Positions 22,774 through 31,412 of a DNA stretch of 32,000 nucleotides are shown in pieces. This stretch comes from Candidatus Kuenenia stuttgartensis (GTDB taxonomy: Bacteria; Planctomycetota; Brocadiia; Brocadiales; Brocadiaceae), in NCBI RefSeq assembly GCF_900232105.1, contig NZ_LT934425.1, positions 3,000,001-3,032,000 of the forward strand, given 5' to 3'. The position numbers were made by a program, and so were the translations under genes. The notes beneath the pieces are model-generated. The model made no database searches. It saw nothing but the letters and a program-made list of their open reading frames with translations, and was not told the origin of the DNA. The number at the start of each line of letters is the position of its first letter. Position 1 is the stretch's first letter.

Positions 22774-22810
22774 CTTTTATAGAAATTTAATAGCGTAAGG
22801 TTTGATTGAA

Positions 22811-23434
22811 ATGTTAAATAGTTTATTAGGTGAGAAGGTAGGAATGACCCAAATTTATACTGGTGAGGGGGCGTTGGTTCCTGTCACGTTGATAAAGGCG
22901 GGGCCTTGTAATGTGTTGCAAGTAAAAACGTTGGGGAATGATGGGTATTCTGCTGTGCAGCTTGGGTATAAAGATAAAAAAATAAAAAGAGCAAAGAGGC
23001 CAGAAATTGGACATGCTGCTAAAGCGTCTTTGCTTCCAGGCCGGTTTGTTAAAGAGGTGAAACTGGATACTGTTTCTGATATCCATCTTGGGCAGGCGGT
23101 CACATTGGATATATTCGAAGATGTCAAATTGGTTGATGTTATAGGTATATCAAAAGGAAAAGGCTTTGCCGGTGTTATGAAAAGGTGGGGTATGAAGGGA
23201 GGTCCGCAAACGCATGGGTCTACGAGGCATCGTTCTGTTGGCTCTGTTGGTGCTGGGACCGATCCAGGAAGAGTCATTCGTGGGAAAAAGATGCCGGGAC
23301 AGCTTGGTAGGGAGCGTGTTACAATTAAGAATCTTGATGTTGTCAAAGTTGATAAGGAAAAAAATATGCTTTTTGTTAAGGGAGCTGTTCCTGGGTATAA
23401 AGGTAGTTATCTAATAATAAAAAAAATTGTATAA
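22811..23434 (+). CDS. rplC: 50S ribosomal protein L3
   Basis: LLGEKVGMTQIY; GVMKRWGMKGGPQTHGSTRHRSVGSVG. ATG 22811 preferred over TTG 22802. Confidence 0.97.
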   Translation: MLNSLLGEKVGMTQIYTGEGALVPVTLIKAGPCNVLQVKTLGNDGYSAVQLGYKDKKIKRAKRPEIGHAAKASLLPGRFVKEVKLDTVSDIHLGQAVTLDIFEDVKLVDVIGISKGKGFAGVMKRWGMKGGPQTHGSTRHRSVGSVGAGTDPGRVIRGKKMPGQLGRERVTIKNLDVVKVDKEKNMLFVKGAVPGYKGSYLIIKKIV

Positions 23435-23453
23435 TTTTAGGGTAAGAGGAAGT

Positions 23454-24065
23454 ATGGAAATAATAGTATACAATGATGAAGGAAAAAAGATAGAAAATAT
23501 GCAGGTTCCTGACAGCATATCCGATTCTCCTGTGCGCTATAAACTTTTAAGGGATGTGGTAAAAATGTATGAGGCAAATAAAAGACAGGGGACGGTTTCG
23601 ACGAAAACAAGGGCGGAGGTTTCTGGGGGCGGTAAAAAACCGTGGGCACAAAAGCACACAGGTAAGGCGAGGGCTGGAAGCAGTAGGTCTCCCATCTGGA
23701 GGGGTGGCGGTGTTGCATTTGGGCCAAAACCAAGGGATTACTCTTATTCTATTCCGAAAATGGCAAAAAAGCGGGCTCTTTTTTCCGCACTGTCGTCTAA
23801 GATCAAAGATAACGAAGTCGTGGTAGTGGATAAATTAGATTTTGCTTCTCCGAAAACAAAACATATGGTTTCGTTACTAAAATCTTTTGGAATGGTGGGG
23901 ATAAGTAGTTTGATTGTAATATCAAAAGCCACAGAATCTCTTTTGAAATCTTCGAGAAATATTCCTTATGTAAGAATGATGGAGTGTCATGATTTAAATG
24001 CATATGAGATTCTTAAGCCAAAAAAAATATTAATAACCAAACAAGCACTGAGTAGTTTGCGTTAG
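23454..24065 (+). CDS. rplD: 50S ribosomal protein L4
   Basis: KRQGTVSTKTRAEVSGGGKKPWAQKHTGKARAGSSRSPIWRGGGVAFGPKPRDYS. ATG 23454 preferred. Confidence 0.97.
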   Translation: MEIIVYNDEGKKIENMQVPDSISDSPVRYKLLRDVVKMYEANKRQGTVSTKTRAEVSGGGKKPWAQKHTGKARAGSSRSPIWRGGGVAFGPKPRDYSYSIPKMAKKRALFSALSSKIKDNEVVVVDKLDFASPKTKHMVSLLKSFGMVGISSLIVISKATESLLKSSRNIPYVRMMECHDLNAYEILKPKKILITKQALSSLR

Positions 24066-24082
24066 GTAGGGGACCAAATTAT

Positions 24083-24364
24083 ATGGATAAATACGATGTT
24101 ATTAAGGGTCCGCTAAGAACTGAAAAGAGCGTTTCAGATGGTGAGAAAACGAATTCCTATCATTTCGATGTAGACTTAAAAGCGAACAAAATTCAAATAA
24201 AAAATGCAATTGAGGGCATTTTTGGTGTTAAAGTAAACGGTGTGAGGACCTTGATAAAAAAGAGCAAGAGAAGAAGGGTTAAATTTATAATGGGTAAAAC
24301 AAGAGAATTAAAAAAGGCTATTGTAGCTTTAAAAGAAGGGCATACAATTGATTTCGGCTATTAA
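24083..24364 (+). CDS. rplW: 50S ribosomal protein L23
   Basis: DVIKGPLRTEKSV...FDVDLKANKIQIKNAIEGIFGVKVNGVRT. Confidence 0.96.
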   Translation: MDKYDVIKGPLRTEKSVSDGEKTNSYHFDVDLKANKIQIKNAIEGIFGVKVNGVRTLIKKSKRRRVKFIMGKTRELKKAIVALKEGHTIDFGY

Positions 24365-24392
24365 AGTTTTAACTTTGAGGTAAAAAGTTCTT

Positions 24393-25238
24393 ATGGGTAT
24401 TATATATTACAAACCCGTAACTCCGGGAAGAAGATTTGCCAGTGTTTCAGATTTTTCAGAAATAACGAAAACAAAGCCGGAAAGATCTTTGATTCGGCCT
24501 CTTAAAAAAACCGGTGGTAGAAATTCTGAAGGGAAAATTACGGCTGGGAATGTTGGTGGAGGCAGTAGGAGACAATATAGAAATATTGATTTTAAGCGGA
24601 GAAAGGATGGTATTCCAGCAAAGGTTGCCAGTATTGAGTATGATCCTAATAGATCCGCTCGTATTGCTTTACTTAATTATGTCGATGGAGAAAAAAGATA
24701 CATTTTGGCTCCAGAGAAATTGAAGGTCGGTCAGTTTGTGAAATCGGGTGAAAAGGTAGATCCTGACATTGGCAATACTATGCCACTTAACAATATACCT
24801 TTGGGTATGGATCTGCACAATATTGAGTTGCGTGCTGGGCAAGGAGGTAAGATAGTTCGGTCTGCAGGTAGTGTTGCAAGATTGCTGGCAAAAGAAGGTG
24901 GATATGCTCACATAACACTCCCCTCTGGTGAAGTCCGGAAAGTTCACGGTAGTTGCAGGGCCACAATTGGACAACTGGGTAATACTGATCATAGTAATAT
25001 ACGTTTAGGAAAAGCAGGTAGAAATAGATGGAAAGGGAGAAGGCCTCACGTAAGAGGAGTTGCAAAAAATCCCGTAGCACATCCGATGGGAGGTGGTGAA
25101 GGAAGAAGCGGGGGTGGTAGGCACCCTTGCTCAAAGACTGGCTTGCTTGCTAAGGGTGGAAAAACAAGGAAAAAGAGAGCTGTAAGTAGCAGATTTATAA
25201 TTAGAAGAAGGAAAGTTGGGGCTAGAGGTAATTTGTAA
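24393..25238 (+). CDS. rplB: 50S ribosomal protein L2
   Basis: [16 protein letters not shown]; [16 protein letters not shown]; [26 protein letters not shown]. Confidence 0.98.
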   Translation: MGIIYYKPVTPGRRFASVSDFSEITKTKPERSLIRPLKKTGGRNSEGKITAGNVGGGSRRQYRNIDFKRRKDGIPAKVASIEYDPNRSARIALLNYVDGEKRYILAPEKLKVGQFVKSGEKVDPDIGNTMPLNNIPLGMDLHNIELRAGQGGKIVRSAGSVARLLAKEGGYAHITLPSGEVRKVHGSCRATIGQLGNTDHSNIRLGKAGRNRWKGRRPHVRGVAKNPVAHPMGGGEGRSGGGRHPCSKTGLLAKGGKTRKKRAVSSRFIIRRRKVGARGNL

Positions 25239-25263
25239 ATTTTGAAAGATATTAGGAGATTTG

Positions 25264-25530
25264 ATGAGTCGCTCTATAAAAAAAGGACCATATGTTGATA
25301 AGAAGTTGTTAGAAAAAGTAATGAAGCAAAAAGAATCAGGTGTGCATGAATCTTTACGTACTTGGGCAAGAAGCTGCACCATAATACCTGAATTTGTGTC
25401 ACACACCTTTATGATTCACAATGGTAAAGTATTTAATAAGCTATTTGTTACCGATGATATGGTAGGGCATAAGTTAGGTGAGTTTTCGCTTACAAGAACT
25501 TTTCGGTCTCATAGTGGCAAAAAGAAATAG
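25264..25530 (+). CDS. rpsS: 30S ribosomal protein S19
   Basis: MSRSIKKGPYVDKKLLEKV; HNGKVFNKLFVTDDMVGHKLGEFSLTRTFRSH. Confidence 0.98.
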   Translation: MSRSIKKGPYVDKKLLEKVMKQKESGVHESLRTWARSCTIIPEFVSHTFMIHNGKVFNKLFVTDDMVGHKLGEFSLTRTFRSHSGKKK

Positions 25531-25603
25531 TAGGCAGTGCATAAACCAATGTTGATATAAAGCTTTACAAGAAATTAAATTTTGTATCGAAAGGTAACGG
25601 TTG

Positions 25604-25945
25604 ATGGATTATAGATCATGTCATAGGTACGCAAAAATCTCACCGAGAAAGGCTCGTTATGTTATTGATCTTATTAGAGGAAAATCAGTTAATGACGCTT
25701 TGAGAACTTTGAGACTGACGCATAAGCGTGCATCTTACATGATAGATAAAGTCATCAGGGCTGCGTTAGCTGCGGCAAACGAGAATGTCTCTGCGGATGT
25801 TGAAGCGTTGTATGTTAAACATGCCTTAGTTGATGGTGGTCCAAGCAGGAAGTGGTTTCGTCCAAGACCTCGAGGGATGTCCTCGAGAATTTTAAAACGT
25901 ACAAGTCATATTACAGTCGTTTTGGCTGAAAAGGCTAAAAGATAA
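25604..25945 (+). CDS. rplV: 50S ribosomal protein L22
   Basis: KISPRKARYVIDLIRGKSVNDA; GPSRKWFRPRPRGMSSRILKRTSHITVVL. Confidence 0.97.
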   Translation: MDYRSCHRYAKISPRKARYVIDLIRGKSVNDALRTLRLTHKRASYMIDKVIRAALAAANENVSADVEALYVKHALVDGGPSRKWFRPRPRGMSSRILKRTSHITVVLAEKAKR

Positions 25946-25962
25946 AAAGATAAGGAGAAGAA

Positions 25963-26622
25963 ATGGGACAGAAGGTTTGTCCAATTGGTTTTCGGCTGGG
26001 AATAACGCAAGGGTGGAAATCTGTCTGGTATGCTGACAAGAAATCTTTTGGTTCTTTGCTAGTTGAGGATTTCAAGATACGCAAGCTAATTAAAAAAAAT
26101 TATGGTTTTGGCGGAATACCATTTGTTGAAATAGAAAGAACCCGGCAAGAGGCTAAGATAACTCTTCATACCGCGCGCCCTGGACTAATAATTGGCAGGA
26201 AGGGTGCGGAAGTCGATAAGCTTAAAGATGAATTACAGAAATATATTGGACGTGTTGTTGTTGTAAAGATAAAAGAAATAAATAAACCCGAAACTTATGC
26301 GCAGCTAGTAAGCGAAAATGTGGCAGAGCAATTGGAAAGACGCGCTTCTTTTCGAAGGGCTATGAAAAAAGCGATGGAGGCATCACTTAATGCAGGTGTT
26401 AAAGGTATGAGAATTCAGGTTTCGGGAAGGTTAGGTGGCGCAGAGATTGCGAGGACAGAGAAGATTACTCACGGAAGTGTTCCGTTACACACCCTCAGAG
26501 CGGACATAGATTATGGTTTTGCCGAAGCTAAAACTACTTACGGTGTAATTGGCGTTAAGGTATGGTTGTATAAAGGTCTTACAAGTTCAAAAGGGGAGGA
26601 TGCAAATGAGGTTAATGCCTAA
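25963..26622 (+). CDS. rpsC: 30S ribosomal protein S3
   Basis: MGQKVCPIGFRLGITQGWKSVWYA; RPGLIIGRKGAEVDKLK; IMRIQVSGRLGG-like GMRIQVSGRLGGAEIARTE. Confidence 0.98.
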   Translation: MGQKVCPIGFRLGITQGWKSVWYADKKSFGSLLVEDFKIRKLIKKNYGFGGIPFVEIERTRQEAKITLHTARPGLIIGRKGAEVDKLKDELQKYIGRVVVVKIKEINKPETYAQLVSENVAEQLERRASFRRAMKKAMEASLNAGVKGMRIQVSGRLGGAEIARTEKITHGSVPLHTLRADIDYGFAEAKTTYGVIGVKVWLYKGLTSSKGEDANEVNA

Positions 26623-27025
26623 GAGGGTAAAGTTCAGGAAATCGCAGCGTGGAAAAATTAAAGGAAATGCCACACGAGGAAACGCTGTATCTTTTGGAGA
26701 ATTTGGCTTACAAGCTTTGGAGCCTGGATGGATCACGGCTCAACAAATTGAAGCAGGAAGAATTTCTGCAGCACATAGTATGCCAAAAGAAAGCAAGCTT
26801 ACGATAAGGATATTTCCTCATAAGTCAGTGACGTCAACACCAATTGAAACTCGTATGGGTAAAGGCAAGGGGGAACCGGAGTTTTGGGTTGCTGTTGTGA
26901 GGCCAGGAACTATTTTGTATGAGATCGGCGGTGTAAATGAAGAGGGAGCTCGTGAAACTTTTTGCAGAATAGCGCATAAAATGCCTGTAAAAGTCAGACT
27001 AGTGCGAAGGAGACGTGCGTTTTGA
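26606..27025 (+). CDS. rplP: 50S ribosomal protein L16
   Basis: MPKRVKFRKSQRGKIKG; GLQALEPGWITAQQIEAGR. ATG at 26606 or 26615; overlaps the rpsC end. Confidence 0.96.
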   Translation: MRLMPKRVKFRKSQRGKIKGNATRGNAVSFGEFGLQALEPGWITAQQIEAGRISAAHSMPKESKLTIRIFPHKSVTSTPIETRMGKGKGEPEFWVAVVRPGTILYEIGGVNEEGARETFCRIAHKMPVKVRLVRRRRAF

Positions 27026-27240
27026 AGATTACTGAGATAAGAGTTAAATCGCGCCTGGAAATTGCAGAAGAAGCAGAGTCAACAAGAAGAGAACTTTTGA
27101 ATCTCAAATTTCAATGGCAATCGGGGGAAACGGGTAATACTGCACAGCGGAAATTTATCAAAAAGAAAATTGCCCGACTAAAAACCGTATTGCGGGAGAT
27201 TGATTTAGGAATTAATAAAAATCTAGTTTCAGGAGGGTAG
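27022..27240 (+). CDS. rpmC: 50S ribosomal protein L29
   Basis: 72 aa, RRELLNLKFQWQSGE; start overlaps the rplP stop. Confidence 0.93.
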   Translation: MKITEIRVKSRLEIAEEAESTRRELLNLKFQWQSGETGNTAQRKFIKKKIARLKTVLREIDLGINKNLVSGG

Positions 27241-27248
27241 TTATAAAA

Positions 27249-27521
27249 ATGCAAACTGCAACTGAAAAAAGAAGTAGGCGAAGAAAGTATGTTGGGAATG
27301 TCATAAAGACAAAAATGAATAAGACAATAACTGTAGAGATAATGCGCCTTGTAAAACATCCCAAGTATGGAAAGTATATAAAAAAATCTACTGTTTACAA
27401 AGCTCATGATGAAGAAAAAAGCGCAAATGTTGGGGACAAGGTAGAGATAGCCGAATGTCGACCCATTAGTAAAACAAAATTTACAAGATTTATTCGTATT
27501 ATTGAGAAGGCAAAAGATTGA
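27249..27521 (+). CDS. rpsQ: 30S ribosomal protein S17
   Basis: YVGNVIKTKMNKTITVEIMRLVKHPKYGKYIKKSTVYKAHDE. Confidence 0.97.
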   Translation: MQTATEKRSRRRKYVGNVIKTKMNKTITVEIMRLVKHPKYGKYIKKSTVYKAHDEEKSANVGDKVEIAECRPISKTKFTRFIRIIEKAKD

Positions 27522-27543
27522 TCATTAGCTGGGGTGTGTTTAG

Positions 27544-27912
27544 ATGATAATGGAACAAACTAGTTTAGACGTCGCGGACAACAGCGGGGCGAAAAAGGCA
27601 AAATGTATAAAAGTTCTCGGTGGTTCTCGGCGAAAATATGCAACGGTAGGCGATGTAATCGTAGTAGCTGTAAAAAAATCTATTCATGGAGGAGTAGTTA
27701 AAAAAGGCGACGTTTGCAAAGGCGTTATTGTTAGGACACGGAATAATGTGCGTCGGGAAGATGGGTCCTATTTGAAATTTGATAAGAACGCAATTGTTAT
27801 AATCGACAACGATGGTAACCCAAGAGGGACTAGAATATTTGGTGCAGTGGCAAGAGAATTAAGGCAAAAAAACTTTATGAAAATAATTTCCTTGGCTGCA
27901 GAAGTAGTTTAA
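27544..27912 (+). CDS. rplN: 50S ribosomal protein L14
   Basis: [20 protein letters not shown]...[38 protein letters not shown]. Confidence 0.98.
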   Translation: MIMEQTSLDVADNSGAKKAKCIKVLGGSRRKYATVGDVIVVAVKKSIHGGVVKKGDVCKGVIVRTRNNVRREDGSYLKFDKNAIVIIDNDGNPRGTRIFGAVARELRQKNFMKIISLAAEVV

Positions 27913-27954
27913 TTAGTTGAGAATGAGGTTTTAGAGAAGGAAAACAGTGGTTAT

Positions 27955-28290
27955 ATGCATATTCGCAAGAATGATATAGTGGCAGTAGTTGCTGGAAATG
28001 AGGCGGGAAAAACTGGGAAAATAATGAAAATATTACCAGAAAAAAATCGTGTGGTAATAAAAGGGGTAAAGGTAATATATAAGCATGTTAAGCCCAGCCA
28101 GAAAAATCCACAAGGCGGTAGGATTCAGAAAGAGACTTCAATATCAGCTGCAAATGTTTTGCCTGTTTGTCAGAACAGAAGTTGCAAAAGGAATGGATTA
28201 GGGGTACGAATAAAAAAGAAGGTTTTGGAAAATGGCGCTAAATTGCGTACGTGTGTTTATTGTGACGTAGAAATATCATCGGATGAATGA
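27955..28290 (+). CDS. rplX: 50S ribosomal protein L24, cysteine-containing form
   Basis: IRKNDIVAVVAGNEAGKTGKIMKILPEKNRVVIKGVKVIYKHVKP; C-terminal CQNRSC...CVYC. Confidence 0.95.
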   Translation: MHIRKNDIVAVVAGNEAGKTGKIMKILPEKNRVVIKGVKVIYKHVKPSQKNPQGGRIQKETSISAANVLPVCQNRSCKRNGLGVRIKKKVLENGAKLRTCVYCDVEISSDE

Positions 28291-28306
28291 TAGTTTAGGA
28301 TTAATT

Positions 28307-28849
28307 ATGGCAAGGTTATTAAAAAAATATAAAGAAGAAACCGTTCCTCATTTAATAGAGAGGTTTTCATTAAGAAACAAATATTCAGTACCCAAAATAC
28401 AAAAAGTTGTAATCAATATGGGTGTTGGAAAGGCAATTGACAATAAAAATTTTCTTGAAGAAGCTATAGGGCATCTGACAACAATAAGTGGCCAAAAGCC
28501 GGCTGTTACTGTCGCAAGAAAATCAGTTGCTGGTTTTAAATTAAGAGAAGGCCAGGCGATTGGTTGTAAAGTTACCCTACGTGGGAAAAGAATGTTTGAA
28601 TTTATTGATCGTTTTATCAGCATCGTTTTACCACGAATAAAAGATTTTCGTGGAATATCTGTGAAATCTTTTGATGGAAGAGGAAATTACACATTAGGTC
28701 TCACAGAACAGACAGTTTTTCCTGAAGTGAATATTGATAAAATTACAACTATACAGGGCATGGATGTTACATTCGTTATTAGTGGCAAGTCAGATGAATA
28801 TTCTCATGAATTGCTAAAGTCATTGGGAATGCCTTTTAGGTCTGAATAA
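28307..28849 (+). CDS. rplE: 50S ribosomal protein L5
   Basis: NKYSVPKIQKVVINMGVG; QKPAVTVARKSVAGFKLREGQAIGCKVTLRG. ATG 28307 has a Shine-Dalgarno (TTAGGA) upstream. Confidence 0.97.
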   Translation: MARLLKKYKEETVPHLIERFSLRNKYSVPKIQKVVINMGVGKAIDNKNFLEEAIGHLTTISGQKPAVTVARKSVAGFKLREGQAIGCKVTLRGKRMFEFIDRFISIVLPRIKDFRGISVKSFDGRGNYTLGLTEQTVFPEVNIDKITTIQGMDVTFVISGKSDEYSHELLKSLGMPFRSE

Positions 28850-28859
28850 GGAGTTTTAA

Positions 28860-29045
28860 ATGGCAAGGAAGTGTTTAATAGAAAAAGCTAATAGGGATCC
28901 TAAATACAAAACTAGAAAATATAATAGGTGTAAATTATGCGGGAGAAGGCGAGCCTATTATCGTAAATTTCAAACATGCAGGATCTGTTTTAGAATGCTC
29001 TCGTTAAAAGGTGAGATACCTGGTGTTAAAAAAGCAAGTTGGTAA
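28860..29045 (+). CDS. rpsN: 30S ribosomal protein S14, zinc type
   Basis: 61 aa with [22 protein letters not shown] and C-terminal [11 protein letters not shown]. Confidence 0.97.
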   Translation: MARKCLIEKANRDPKYKTRKYNRCKLCGRRRAYYRKFQTCRICFRMLSLKGEIPGVKKASW

Positions 29046-29078
29046 AATTAAAATTGATTTATTGAAAAGGGATAAAAT

Positions 29079-29477
29079 ATGTGCATGACAGATCCAATTT
29101 CAGACATGCTTACACGAATAAGAAATGCTAATATGATTCGTAGGGATTGCGTTGATATTCCTGCTTCTAAAATTAAGCAGGAGATATTAAAGATTATGAA
29201 AAATGAGGGTTATATTGAAGAATATAAAGAAATTCCTGATAATAAACAAGGGATCATCAGGGTTTATTTAAAATATGGAGCGTTGAAGCAGAAGGTTATT
29301 AACAATCTCGTAAGAGAGAGTAAGTCAAGCAGAAGGGTTTACAAAAGTGCCAAAGATGTAGAAAAGGTTTGCGGAGGTTTCGGGTCTGCGATATATTCTA
29401 CGTCGAAAGGGATATTGTGCGACAAGGAGTGTCGAAGGTTAAAAATTGGCGGTGAACTTATTTGTACAGTGTCTTAA
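29079..29477 (+). CDS. rpsH: 30S ribosomal protein S8
   Basis: MTDPISDMLTRIRNANMIRRD...YSTSKGILCDKECRRLKIGGELICTV. Start at 29079 or 29085. Confidence 0.97.
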   Translation: MCMTDPISDMLTRIRNANMIRRDCVDIPASKIKQEILKIMKNEGYIEEYKEIPDNKQGIIRVYLKYGALKQKVINNLVRESKSSRRVYKSAKDVEKVCGGFGSAIYSTSKGILCDKECRRLKIGGELICTVS

Positions 29478-29503
29478 TAGGTTTTTTTATTTAAGGGGTT
29501 AGG

Positions 29504-30064
29504 ATGTCAAGAATAGGGAAGCAACCTGTTAAGGTTCCGAGTGATGTAAAAGTTGCAATAAATAATAAAGCTATTGAGATAAAAGGGCTTAAGGGTACCT
29601 TAAATTTAACCGTTCATCCGAGCATTGATGTTGAATACGCACTAGGTAGTCAACAGATTATTGTGAAGAGAAGCTCGGATGAAAAGCGATTTAAAGCACT
29701 GCACGGTTTAACTAGGGCATTGCTCGCAAATATGATGATAGGTATTATGCGTGGGTTTTCTAAAGATATTGAGATTGTGGGATTAGGATATAATGCTAAA
29801 ATACAAGGCAATACGTTAGTTTTATCGCTGGGTTTTTCTCATCCTGTACATATGGAGATACCGAAAGATATTAAAGTTGAGGTTAAAAATCCAACAAACC
29901 CCGCTAAATTGACGATTTCTGGTACTGACAAACAATTGGTAGGTCAGTTTTCTGCAATGATAAAAGCTAAAAAGCCTTCTGAACCTTATAAGGGCATGGG
30001 TGTGAAGTATGCCGGAGAAGTAATAAGAAGAAAGGCTGGTAAGGCTATGTCTTCCGGTGGATAA
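29504..30064 (+). CDS. rplF: 50S ribosomal protein L6
   Basis: MSRIGKQPVKVPSDVKV; GMGVKYAGEVIRRKAGKA. Confidence 0.98.
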   Translation: MSRIGKQPVKVPSDVKVAINNKAIEIKGLKGTLNLTVHPSIDVEYALGSQQIIVKRSSDEKRFKALHGLTRALLANMMIGIMRGFSKDIEIVGLGYNAKIQGNTLVLSLGFSHPVHMEIPKDIKVEVKNPTNPAKLTISGTDKQLVGQFSAMIKAKKPSEPYKGMGVKYAGEVIRRKAGKAMSSGG

Positions 30065-30087
30065 TGTTTTGGTTAAGGGTATAGATT

Positions 30088-30456
30088 ATGGATCCAATTA
30101 AAGAAAAAAGAAGAAAAAGAGCAGGGCGACATAAAAGAATCAGAAAGAAAGTGATAGGCAGTTGCGAAAGACCACGTTTGAGCGTTTATCGAAGTCTGAA
30201 GAATATTTATTGTCAGATTATTGATGATAATGAGGGCAAGACACTAGTTGCAATTTCTACTTTAACGCCAGATGTTAGAGCAAGTATCGTATATGGTGGC
30301 AACATAAAGGCGGCGGAGATCGTTGGTGAAAAACTGGCAGAACAGGCTATAAAGAAAGGTATTACAAAAGTAGTTTTTGATAAAGGTGGATATGCTTATC
30401 ATGGAAGGGTTAAGGCTTTAGCGGAAAGTGCCAGAAAGAATAGTTTAAATTTTTAA
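30088..30456 (+). CDS. rplR: 50S ribosomal protein L18
   Basis: [15 protein letters not shown]...[20 protein letters not shown]...[22 protein letters not shown]. Confidence 0.97.
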   Translation: MDPIKEKRRKRAGRHKRIRKKVIGSCERPRLSVYRSLKNIYCQIIDDNEGKTLVAISTLTPDVRASIVYGGNIKAAEIVGEKLAEQAIKKGITKVVFDKGGYAYHGRVKALAESARKNSLNF

Positions 30457-30486
30457 TTATTTGATAAGTCGAACAAGGAGATACAG

Positions 30487-30972
30487 TTGGCGCAACCAGA
30501 ACAACCGATTAATCTAGAAGAAACAGTTGTAAAAATTAACCGATGTACGACTGTAACCAAGGGTGGAAAGTCGATGAGCTTTAGTTCTCTTGTTGTTGTT
30601 GGAAATAAGGCGGGGAGTGTCGGTATCGGCTTTGGAAAAGCGCGTGAGGTACCAAACGCGGTAAATAAGGCCGTCAAGGAAGCGAAAAAACAGCTATTTA
30701 AAATAAATTTAAAGGGCGACACGATACCACACGAGATAATGGGACGTTACAAGGCTGCCAGAGTATTCATGAAGCCCGCTTCACCAGGTACAGGTATTAA
30801 AGCTGGTGCGCCTGCAAGAGCAGTTCTGGAATATGTGGGAGTAAGAAATATCTTGACTAAATGTTATGGCAAAAGGAATCCACTTAATGTCGTTAAGGCT
30901 ACATTAAACGGTTTGAGATCCCTAAAAACAAAAGAAGAAGTTGAAGAACTACGGGGAGTAAGGATAGAATGA
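30487..30972 (+). CDS. rpsE: 30S ribosomal protein S5 (TTG start)
   Basis: KINRCTTVTKGGKSMSFSSLVVVGNKAGSVGIGFGKAREVPNAV. AAGGAGA Shine-Dalgarno directly upstream of TTG. Confidence 0.97.
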   Translation: MAQPEQPINLEETVVKINRCTTVTKGGKSMSFSSLVVVGNKAGSVGIGFGKAREVPNAVNKAVKEAKKQLFKINLKGDTIPHEIMGRYKAARVFMKPASPGTGIKAGAPARAVLEYVGVRNILTKCYGKRNPLNVVKATLNGLRSLKTKEEVEELRGVRIE

Positions 30973-31412
30973 ATCTTTTTGATTTAAATGCGGTTCCAAT
31001 AAAGAGGAAACGTAAGAAAAGGGTAGGGCGAGGAATTGGGTCCGGTTGGGGAAAAACTGCAGGTCGTGGAGCAAAAGGAGCTTCTTCGAGATCTGGCTTC
31101 AGCATGAAAAAATTGTTTGAGGGTGGACAAACACCTCTTTTCCGCCGATTACCAAAACGTGGTTTCAACAACATATTTAAAAAAGAATATAACATTGTAA
31201 ATTTAAAGGACATTGCACATTTTGGCAGTGGTGATATAGTAACGATTGCTATACTGAAGGAATCTGGGATAATTAAAAAAATAGGTGTAGGAGTGAAGGT
31301 GTTGGGTGAGGGCGAGTTAAAAAATTCAATTACAGTTGAAGCGCACAAATTTAGCAAAGTCGCAATGAAAAAGATTAAAGCGGCAGGCGGAGAGGCTAAA
31401 ATAATTTCATGA
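30969..31412 (+). CDS. rplO: 50S ribosomal protein L15
   Basis: KRKKRVGRGIGSGWGKTAGRGAKGASSRSG. ATGA overlaps at both ends. Confidence 0.96.
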   Translation: MNLFDLNAVPIKRKRKKRVGRGIGSGWGKTAGRGAKGASSRSGFSMKKLFEGGQTPLFRRLPKRGFNNIFKKEYNIVNLKDIAHFGSGDIVTIAILKESGIIKKIGVGVKVLGEGELKNSITVEAHKFSKVAMKKIKAAGGEAKIIS

